A stretch of 64,000 bases of DNA from Thalia democratica. Lineage: Eukaryota. A model generated the notes under the pieces. The model ran no database searches. It saw only the letters and a program-made list of their open reading frames with translations, and was not told the DNA's origin. Each line of letters starts with the position of its first letter. Within the stretch, counting starts at the first letter, position 1. Position numbers and translations under genes: made by a program. This document shows, piece after piece, positions 13,601 to 25,600 of this stretch. Where the stretch lies: positions 15,562,001 to 15,626,000 of the forward strand of contig OZ241826.1 of NCBI GenBank assembly GCA_965202585.1, given 5' to 3'.

Positions 13601-16600
13601 GTGGAAGTAGGACTGGGCGACGGTTGCCACGACGACCCTGCATAGCAACGGGCAGTTGTCGTCCCAGAAGTCGTCGTCGAAGTTCTCGTCGGCGTCGCAA
13701 ACTTGTTTCTAATCGGGGGAATTTTTAACATTGATATTATTTGTTTTACTTTTTTATTTTTTTCTCATCAAAATTTTGTGATTTTTTGTGTGGACTATAA
13801 AAACAAGTTATTCACGATAAAAAAACTCGATTAAAAAATTAAAATACAGTTTGAACATTAGAAAATGAGTTGAAATAATTACTAAAGTTGTAAGTATTAA
13901 AAACCATTATTTATTAGCAGAACTTGTTTAAGATTTAAAACTCAGCAATATATACTTTTTTTAATCATAATTTATACAAACAATATACCTGATCGGACTT
14001 ATCGGATTTTTTGTCACCGCTTTCTTTTTTCATGTTTGTTTTCGGAACCAGCAAGTGATCCAGTAGTACTGACAAACACGATGAATCCTGTAATTAAATA
14101 ATTATGTTTTAATAAATACTTCAGTGCATTTTAATTAATCAAGTTTTTATTTTTATCCCCACAAAATTTTTTGTTCAAAGCTTATGTGTAAGCTTATTTT
14201 GAAAGTTTTGATGCAACAAAAGAAATAAATGAAGTAATGTTTTTTTTTTCGAAGAATGTTAAAAATGTAGTACAAAAGTCAGCATCAAATATTTATTTAC
14301 TGGTTACTTTGAAATTTATTTGTAAAAAGACTTAGTATATTGACTTATTTAATTTCAGAAGTTAAAACAATAAATATTAACCGGTCAGTTAAATATTAGT
14401 AATAAAATAAATATCAATAATTTTAATACATATTTAAAAATATTAGTATAGAGCAAGCTTCAATATCTACATACCTGACTAATAATAAAAGTATTGATAT
14501 ATTTATAACTACATACCTGCTTGATAATAGTAGTATTCGGATCGGCTTGGTACTGATGATTAGCCACTATAGAAGCTGTCACAGGGTAACTTTTCACTAT
14601 TTCCGCTATTATTCGCAATATTGAGGATTTTGATACCATTCGTTCGTCTGTATGATAATATACATTTCGTTTAGAATTTCAATTATTATATAACAATTAA
14701 TAACCATATATGACATAGTCAAAATAAACTGTACCATTTACACAACTGACATTTGTTAAATGTAGCAATTTTAGGATGCACATTTTTACAAACTTTGTGA
14801 TAATAAAATTAAGACTTAATAATAAAAATTATATTTTTCGTACTATTTTTTTTCTATGAGTAATAAAACTAACAATTACTACTGTCTTCAGGGGAACTAG
14901 TTTGCTGACGATGGGTCATTTTTGGGGTGACTGAAAGAATTGGGGTCCCCATGCTCGCTATTGGTCCGAAATGCTGGCCATATGGGTGCTGTGGATATAA
15001 TATTTAAGTTAGTTATATTTAATAAAACCGATAAGATTTTGTTTAAGTTTTACTATTTCATAAAAACAAACTTTTATTAAAATTTTCTTGATTGTTTTGA
15101 AAAATTATTCATTTTCCAAAAAATATAACATAAAAGTCAGTTACATTTTCACTTATTTTTCTTTTAATTTTTATAATCCAAAAAGCCTTAAAATTTTTCA
15201 TAAAACTAATAAAAATCAAGTTATGTAACATCAAATATTTCTAAACAGCTGCCGAAACAGTTAAAAACTCATTACAAAATGGCAACACTTTGACGATAAA
15301 ATGTGCAGATGTAATTGCTAGATATATGAAAATTAAATCCAATATAGTGATTGACGCCTTTTATTAATTTGACAACTGCTAACACTGCGTGTGCGCTTAA
15401 TTAAAAGAAAAATATTTTTTATAAATACAATGGCTTGTTTCAGTTTTAGTATTTGTAATCTTTTCTGGATTATGGTATCAACTGTTATGACACTGATTTG
15501 ACGATATGACAATTTTGTCTGGTACGTGATTATTTAGCTGTTGTGACGTCATAGCGTGTTTAATTTGATTTGCGGGCATTCGTCGTGATATGACACAACT
15601 TTACTTTTAAATATCACTTACTTACTTACTTCTAAAACATTTTAGCTTATATCAAAAAAATTAACTACTCACATAAAAATAACTCGGTTCTAAACGTAAC
15701 TCTTAGATTAAATTTTAGTAATTTTACAATTCAAGATATTTAAAATACCAACTTCAGACAACTTAATCCGGCTTACATGATAAGTTAACACCGCTAAAAG
15801 TTTTTCATAGAAAACTTATTGTTTCAAAAATACCTTAATTAATACTAAGTAATCCTACTTACACAAAATTGACCATGTTTGAGAAAATATTAGTTTTTCA
15901 GTTCCCGTTTCTTAAATTCATAGCTTAAACTTTTAACTAGTACTAAAATATAACTAATAAAAAAACTAGGTTGTTTAAAAATATTTCAATAAGAAATAAT
16001 CAAGTTACAACATTTCAGCAACTTCTTAATTTTTTTAATAAAAAATTCTAGTACATACACCTTTTAAATACTCTTAACCAGCGTATGTTATATGATTTTT
16101 ATTTTCAAAGCTGTACTACTTATTATTCAGTAGCGCATAAAAAAAGCCTCGATCAAAAAATACCAAGCATTTTTTTTTTACTAAAACATCAAACCAAACC
16201 TATTTACTTTTAGTTTAAATACAAACTAGCAAACTATTAAGTTAATTTCGAATGCGCAAACCAAACACAAACCTTCTTCCACTCTGAGCTGGGATCGTAC
16301 TTGGGGTACTTCTTCAGCACCAAAAAGTTGAGCAGCATTCTCATGGTTTCCACTGCGGGGTGTGACATGTCTTTATAATCGAACGGAGGCAAGGTGTTCT
16401 CGTTGGGTTGAGGGTCGCACTTGAGTTTCCTGGTTGCGTTGTTCTCAAGCAGCTCCTTCTCGGCGTGCTGGATCTGTGCGTCTGTTGTGGCTGGTTGTTA
16501 GAAAGACAAGAAGAAAAATTTACTAAAGGAGAAACTTTGTTTGTTGTGTTAGATAGGTTTCAAAAGGGTTCGGGGTTAAGAAAAAAATTTCTTCCAAAGG

Positions 16601-19600
16601 TAAATTTATGTAATTTAAAGGTTATGTGGCACTAAATCAGGTGTTTTTGCTAATACAACCTGTGCTAAAATAAAAAAATACTCTATAGTTAAAATATTAT
16701 AGTTTAACTGCTTTACTTATATAAATTTTAAAAACAAAACAGTGACATAAAATTTTTGGTGTAACGTTTTGACAATATATATATATATAAACTAACTAGT
16801 TCTTCCCTGATCAGATGGCAGCTGCAGCGATATGTTGTCGATGCAAGCCTGCTTGAATATTTCTTGCGAGTGCAAGCAGGCCGGTGCTAACACTCTCATC
16901 ATGTAGTTCGCTTCCTTGCTACCTTGCGAGTTAGCCGCGACCCCGCACCGCCTGTTGCTAGCTCCCTTCGCCACCACGTGACGAACCCACTGTTGGTTAG
17001 GATGTGGTTAAAAAATAAATAGAGCATATTGGAATTTATTTGAAAAATAGTCATAGAAATTCGCTTCTGGTGTATTATGCAAAAAATATTACGAACCCAC
17101 TGTTTGGTTGGGATGTGGTTAAAGAAAAATAAAAAATGCACTTTTGGTATTATATTATGTAAAAAGGAGGGTTGTCTGAAAGTGATTTCGGGTATTTTTG
17201 TTGTACACTTGCATGAATTAGAATTTATATTTTTAGTTTATACAACGTTTGCATTAAATCTAACAGCATTTTGGACAACCAGTTTATCAAAAACTTAGTT
17301 AAATAAAATCATTATAAATTGGTTTAATTTAAACAAAACTTTTCAAAACGACAAGTGAAACACATACCTTATTCATGGCGTACTTGACGGTCTTCTTGTC
17401 TTCAAAAACCCTCCTGATAAGCAGTGTGGCCAGAGATTCGAATCCTTGGAACCCGTGTCTCTTCTTCAACTGCAATATGTGCTTCACTCCGTCCAATTGT
17501 GCGAAAGTCCAAGCTCTGCCGACACCTCCCTCGTCACAGAATCGCGTCAACCTGTTTGTAATATTATTAGTATTTTGATATGTAAAAGACCTCTGATGTA
17601 TTTTTATTTCTTTTAAAGTAGCCAAAATATTTTAAACATAAAATAAAAGTATTAGAACGCAAATCTCTTTTAAAAATTAGTTACAACACAAATTAAGTTA
17701 ATTATTTTGGTAGTATATGGTTGATATAATTTTTTTTTTCTAATTCTTTTTTACAACTTTTTCTACTTTATTTATAATTACATGGTCAATATATATATAC
17801 CTGAGCAGTAATCTCATGGAGGCGTGGATGGCATCACTGTGTAGGGGGTTTTTAATGAATGAAACGCAATACCTCACCAAGGCGCTTGAATCTTCCTGGC
17901 TTATCAACTGGTAGTCAGTTAGATTGATCTGGAAATATTTAGAAGTTATCAATATTACATTAACAAACATACTAAAAGCTTATATTTAAAATTTATCTGA
18001 TTTTTTTTTTGTTTTGCAAAAATTTAATAAAACAGTTACTCAATGTAATTTCAAAATGTTAAATGTAAGCTTTTGAATTTCTGAAAGTTTAGTTACAAAT
18101 CAGTCAATGTACGTACCTTTTTGCTATCGGCATCTTTTTTGGACTTCTTCACTGGTTTTTTGGCGTATGACGTCATAATAGGTCGCTTGTTGCCTGATTC
18201 TTCGTTGAACTGCAGCATTTGGTGGAAGTCAACCTTGTACCTCCTTCTACCCGCTGTGAACCTGTTTTTAAGAAATTAAACAAATAAATTTCTCAAGTTT
18301 ATTAGATCGGAACGTGTTAGAAAAAATTCTCAGGTTAATGTGTACAAAGACAACCTAAATGATTTTATATCTATGTAAATAACTAAACAAGTTTATGTTT
18401 TCCAATAACAAAAACTCGAAAATATATTTGAATTTCGATATCTGACTTCAAACTTTAATTGGACTGATTTTTTGTAGAAGAAAAAACGATAATCCACGAA
18501 AAAATACTTAAAATTTTAAAAAAGCTTGGTGAACAAAATCTTAAGTTTTGTATAATTAATTTGTTTTAAGACTTGGAATTAGCCAGCTACCTCACATGGA
18601 GATTGCGACACAAAATTTAAAGTCATTCAAGTTTGTTATGTGAAAGTGGTTAAAAGTTGAACTCTTTAATTTGTTTTTCATACTTCACATTGTTGAGGAA
18701 TCACAAGACAACATAAAACTCGTGTTACTTTAATTTATTTTAAATTGTCGTGGTCTGCTAAATGCTGTCATTGTTGTTGAAAGAATTTTTGTTTTTTGTC
18801 AAGAATTGAAAAACAATTTCAATATTTTGAATTTAAACTATTTCTGATTTTCAAAAAATATTTCAAATACTCTTTTTTACATAATTTCTCATTCACAATT
18901 AAAGAAATACACAAAAAATATTTTCAACCACATTGTTAACTCTACATCCAAAAACAGTTTTTTGAAGATTTGTTTTGAAATTACGTATTTGCGAGGTTTA
19001 ATGTAAAATAAATAAATATCAAGGCGCCCACCCAAAGTTGAAAAGAAAACAAAATTGGAGAATTTCATTTGAAACCGAGGCGCCATTGGTGATTGTTTAT
19101 TTACATGTTGATATAAATGTAGTCGTATTTAATATTTAATTGAAGTTTAATTTCAACTGGTAAAACAACTTTGTACTTGAGAGCTCTTTTGATGTTTGAA
19201 CAAACACGACTCGCACGCGTTGATTGCATAAAGACCGCATTACAAAGCGCGTTGTTAAAACTCTTAAATAAAAAATTTAGATGGTTGCAATCACGAAATG
19301 TTACAGCTGCTTGCGAAAGGTATCTCGTTACCAAGTTCAGCTGGTATTGCGCGCTCGAATTTGAAAAATACATTGCGAAAGCCACGTATGTATAAATTTT
19401 GTTAGTACAGCTACATGCGAACAAAAAACACAATTGTGTTTGTACAAGTTTGTAATGTGTTTATAAATGTGGAGAAAGTTTTTAATTGTTTGAAAATGTC
19501 CAAATATTTTTTTTCCTATTCAATAGCAAACAGTTACCTGGATTAGCGGGTTTTCAAATCCTGGTAAGTGCTCCTCTCTGTATTGAACGTAAAATAAACA

Positions 19601-22600
19601 ATAGTTAAAAAAATTCAATACGAAGTTAAGAGCTGGGTATGATGAACAAAAAAATGGTTTGTACGAGTTTGGTATTTAAAAGATTAAGTTTTTGTTCTGC
19701 ATTTTAACAAAGCATTAGTGGAAATCGACCACCGATATTAAGTACCTGTTGATCTGATGTAAATATATCATGAAAGAATAAGACTTGGTTTAAATTAGAA
19801 ATAAAAACTAATACATCTTAAATACCGGTTGTTTCATGACATATAGCAAAAAGTACATTTTATTCTATTCAAAGTGGAAAAATATCAGTACAAAGTACCT
19901 GATAAACTGATGTAAATTTATTTGAAAAAAAGACTTGAGTTTTAAAATAGAAATTAAGACCAATACATCTTACATATAAGTTGTAACATGATACATAGCA
20001 GGATGTAAAAGTCAGAACCGAAGCTAATTTCGTGTGCAAAGGTTAAGGATGGTTATGTAAGGAAAATATTTTCATATTAAAGTATTCAGGTCAAGAGTCA
20101 AACTTTCTCGGCATCAAGATTTGGTTAAGTAACGTCTTTATATTCTTACTATTTCTACTTCGTGTTTTCTCTGGGTTAATACTTGGTGACTTGCTTCCAT
20201 TATGCGTTTTAATTCCAATATTATCTTAGTACTTTTGTCAAGTAACCACATAGTATTGTTACTTAACAAAGTTTGTTTTAAAACTCTTTACAAAGTTCAA
20301 CGAACTGAGTTAATCTTGTTAAGCAACTTTTCAATATGGCTGCTTGGTAGCACCTACTCTTTAAAGTTCTCTATACTTCTACTCAATTCAACTTCGGATT
20401 ATTTCTAACTTGAGTTCGTTGAACTTGAGTAACTTGCTGGAATTCAACTTCGATTTCAATTAAGACAACTTTTGAACTTTGATCAATAAATTTATAACTC
20501 TGGTTATTAGTAATTGAAATTTCATGGGTGTGAAGCCTTCTTAGTATGTACTAGTATACATGATTTGTGAAATGTATAAATATAGATTTGATGAAATTAA
20601 ATTTAGTTAATCGCATTTTTTAAGAATCAAAAAAATCAATAAATGTTTTATATTTTCAAGATTAAGTATTATGTAATACATTAAATTATTGTTATTTATA
20701 ACTTGATGTGAGTTGATTTTTTGTTCACAATAAAGGCTACTGGTGTAGTTAACATGACTTAAAAATATAAACACCGATGTGAAACACATTAGATTGAAAT
20801 AAAATTTTCATTTGTATTAAAAGAGTTGAAAAGTAATCAGTAAACAACCTCTACAAAATTGTGCATTATGTAATACATTAAACTCTGGTAATTTATAATT
20901 GGATGCGAGTTGCTTTTCTTGTTCTAATCTGTTCACCATAAAGTCTACTAGTACGGTGAACATGACTTATTAAATATAAACACCGATTTGAAACGCATTA
21001 GACAGAAATAATATTTATTCATTTGTATCAAAAGAGTTGAAAAGTAATCGGTAAACGCTACAACCTCTACAAAAGTGTGTATTATGTAATACAGTTTCAC
21101 GACAGTAAGTGTAAACTGCTATTCCAGGTTAACCAATTAATTGATTTGTTTAACAAACTTAACCTGTTTAAGCCATTAAAAAATTACAATTAAGCAAGTG
21201 TTAATTAGCTAAGATTAAGAAAATAAGAACAATTTGTATTTTATTTCCAAAATACTCCATAGAAATAGTATTACACTAGACAGGCTTTAATCATCAAAAA
21301 ATTGATTAATTTAGTCAACTTTATGCGTTTAATCGATTCAATTATCACAGATTTAGTTGCTGTTAATTAGCAAAGTTTGCGAAACCAAAATAAACAATTA
21401 TTTTGCTTCACTTAACAAGAGAATCCAACTCGAAAAAAAGGATTTTTGATCCGACAAACCGCTTTCGCATTTCAAACTACAAATCAGAATTGGCAGCAAA
21501 TTTGTAAAGCAAATTCAAAAAGTTCGCGTTTAATTTCGTCAATTACAAAACAACGGGCAAATATCATCACGAACAAACCGTCTGTTGCGTCACAGCGGTT
21601 GCAAGCTCTTCAGCGCCTCACAGTGGCGAGAGGTGGTGTAATAAAGAAACGATATCCCACTCTTTAGCAGTGCATAAGGCCGGCTGTATGTGAGCTCAAA
21701 AGTGGAAATTTTACGGGAATGCTTTTTACTGTAAATATGATGTTTGACTTTTTCACAATTTGGCTCGAATTTGTTTGCTTAAAACGAATGAGAAGCAAAA
21801 TTTAGTTTGGATTTCTGGTAAAACGAATAAAACGCGCATTTTGCTTTAACCTCTGGTGAATTTCAAATGAAATTTGTTTGAAGCATGAAATTTGATGTAC
21901 GAAAACCGCAGTTTACAACAATTTGAAAAACCTCTAACTTTTTCATATCTCACACAACACGTACCTACATTTTCTTTCTGATGTTATCTGTGTGAGAAAT
22001 GCAGTCGTTTTTCTCACGTATGCTTCTTACAAATAAAAAATCAAGCAAACCTCATGAAAATATAAGCCAAATCCTCAAACAGAAACACAATGGAGATACT
22101 CATAGACTGACTGCAGCAATTCTGAGAAATACATTTAATTGATATACAAACCAATTGATTTATAATGTAGGATGGTTGTTTACACAACAATTAGGCGCGC
22201 GTGTCTCTCGCATGCGTTTTGGCAAACATCGAATGTTATAAAGTGTTTCAGTGTTTCAAGTTGAGCAATTAGCTGTTTTGATTTTGTTTAAATGTATTTG
22301 ATCTTGTTTTGTCTGAACATGAAAACTTGCACTTTAAAAGGATTTTATCTATAGCTGTAGATTTTGTTACAATCAAGTTGCTTTTTGTAACTACTAATTT
22401 ATTTCAACCACATAAACAGTCTGTTTTTTTACCAACCTTACTCGGTATTTTCAAATGAATCTACACTCAATTTATTAAATTTCAAGTTTTTTTAATATTA
22501 ACTCTTTTTATTAAAGTACTTAAATTTTTTTAAATAAACGAAGTTATTAGCAGCTTTGAGGTTTTGAGCGATAAATAATTTAACTGGTAAATCTCAACCT

Positions 22601-25600
22601 CTATACTTTCGTTTCGAAAAACCCACTTACCCATAAAAACATAGCTTTACTAACAACCTGTACTTTTTTATAATTGACCAAAAATTATTACTGAATCTAA
22701 ATTCAGTCGTATCCATTTTATCAACAGCTGAAGTCAACATTAAATTAAACCGCTACCAACCTCACACTGGACTCTCCCTCCTTGTACGAGATATGATAGA
22801 TTTTTTGAGTCAATTCAAAATTGTACTACTGAACATGTGAAAATTTACCAAATTCCAGGTTTTTTCAGGTTTTTTTTTTCAAAATTTTCCGAATTCCAGG
22901 TTTTTTAAGGTTTTTCCAGGTGTTAGGTAAAGTGGCAACCCTGTAATTAATAATCTAGGTTGTTGAACCACAACCAACCTCACACTAGACTCTCCCTCCT
23001 TGTACGCGTCCTCTATGGTCTTCATGTTCTGCACGGAGTACTGGTACCACTTGCCCGTCCGCTCGTCGAACCACATCCACTGCTTCTTAAACATCTGCTG
23101 GTTGATCGCGTGGTGGCGCTGCATCGACGTGCAGGTTCGCATGTGAAGGTCGATCAGCAGCATCACTCGTGAGACCCAACTGTTTAGCAAATATATTTAA
23201 GTTTGAATCTATTCACAGGTGGGTGTTTATATGAGTATTTTATTTGCATGTTTTATATTACGCGGGATACCCAACTGAAAAAAGGGAATTGTAAAAATAA
23301 TTTATTTATATAGCATTTAAAGGCGTGCTTAATTAATGTATTGAATTATTTTTAGTTTCAATTATGTGTTGGAATATTATAATTAAGTGGATGTTTGCAT
23401 GTTTATAAGGAGCAACACGCGTGAGACCCAACTGTTGATTGTTTAGTTTGAATAATATATTTATTTATTTCATATATACACCTGATTAAGCTTCTACTCT
23501 TTCCTTGCAGTTTTTACTTTTTTAAAGAGCTCCGTTAAAGTGTGTTAACACAGAAACATGTGTTAGTATAACAAAAAGAATACTGTTTGGAATTGCTATT
23601 GTTACATATTCCAGTGAACTTGCATCGCTAGGATCTTTATTAGCAAACGCTCAAATTTATATTTTGAACAGTTTATTTATTTCTATTAATTTTTTCAGGT
23701 AGGTTTATTAATACCCAACTGTGGAAATTATTTATTATATTTTTAATAAACTAATATTCAACTACCGGTATGTACATTACAAGGTTGGAATGTAGGGGTC
23801 AATCAACAGCACGACTGCTTGGAGGGTTCACTCGGATGTTACGTATGTTTAAAATGATAGTTTTTGTTAAAAAGTCTGCTCAGTTAATAGGATCAACTAA
23901 AACATGTGTAGTCATATTTTGCTTGACTATAAACTTGTTGGGAAACATATTGTGAGACTTGAATGGAAACGTTAGCGAGGTAGAAGGTTGTTTGGTTGTT
24001 GAACTCTTTTATTATTTACATAGTTGTGTTACTAAAATTAAAAATTGTAATACTTTCAGCAGGAGTAATCGAGATGAAAATTATTGAGAATTAAATTTAA
24101 GTATTTGATAGAACGGAAGCATAAAACCGAACTACTGATTAAAAAAATGCCTTTTATAAATATAAACGAGTAAATCAATAAATATAACGAATTATTTTAC
24201 TAGTTTTATCCAATGTACAGCAAACTATAAATAAAAGATATCGTAAATTATTGAAGTGGATATTTGTTTTAATTTGATCAATATATGCACTGGAGTACGT
24301 CCGGTTTATTTTCAAACAAATTTTCCAAAATTATCAAATCGCCATATTTAAAAACTTTTCACAAAACTAAAACTATACCGAATAAAATAGTAACAAAACT
24401 TAGTTTTTACCAAAAAATACGCGTAAAATATAAACTTTACTCAAGAAGTTCATCCATTGCTATAAGACTTAAAAAGTTCTTACTTAAAGTTTCTTTACTT
24501 AAAAGTTCTCAATAAAACTTTCGAAAAATAGATGCGTCGAAAGATCCTTTGATTAGCGCAATGACATATAAATTTTTAAAATGCTATATAAAGATCAAAC
24601 GAAGCCCTTTTAAATCGATGTAAGTTTTAAATTAGTTTAGACATCAAAGCACGGATGAAACTTTGTACAAAGTCATTAATTTTTCAACGAGAGCTTGTAA
24701 TACAGGAAACCTCTGCGAAGATGATGACGCGTTCACGTGGAAAAAAGCGATTTTACTGGCAACTTGGAGAAAATTTGATATTTTAAGATTTTGTGTATTT
24801 TGCTTGCATTTTAGGAGAAAATTGATATTTAGAACTTCAAGCCAGAATATTTTTTTTTTAACTTATTGTTCACAAAACAGTTAAATTTATATTTTTTCAG
24901 GCAACTTGAAAGAATTCAATGTTTCACATTTGTAATTCGAAGAAAATTAAGGTTTTTTTTACACCTAGCTCGGATAATTTGAAACTTTACTCTTTTTAAT
25001 TTGTTAAAACTTGACGCCTTGCCTTTTGTCGCACAAAGGAACATTATGCGCATTTTTAATAAAAACTTTTATTGCTTTTATTCGGTTTCACGCGCATTGC
25101 TCGAATTAAACGAGGCTTGAATTTTTTTTTTGCAATTTTACATATAATGTTTCTCGCAAAAAAAAAATCGCTATAAAGAAACTTGACGCAGCAAAACTTT
25201 TTCATTTCAAAGCGTGCCGCTTTCGCACATCAATAGGCGATACTATGACGTAATAAAGGTAGCTCGTGTATTGAATTACGTTAGTTTACGCTTTTTGGCA
25301 GTAAACTTTGTAATCCGCAGTCGTTGTGGATACATAAGGCGCCTGTACGTTTTATTTGGGCATTAATGTTTATTTTATAATGGAATTAATTCTGATTTGT
25401 TGGCAAGTTGCCACCAAAAATTTTATTTGTTTGTTTTAGGTTTCCCACCCTTTATACTTTTAAATGGCATGAAACCCTCAAAGAAAAAAAAATACTTCAA
25501 AGATTTAACGGCTAATATACTTTCACAAATGACATTAATATTTTTTTAATACATGAATAACATTTAACTCTTGAATTCTTTTTAAATTTTCAATGTTTTT

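Noticed and set aside
21615-21690. tRNA/SINE-like A-box (GTGGCGAGAGGTGG)
   Set aside because: No B-box (GGTTCRA) and no cloverleaf.
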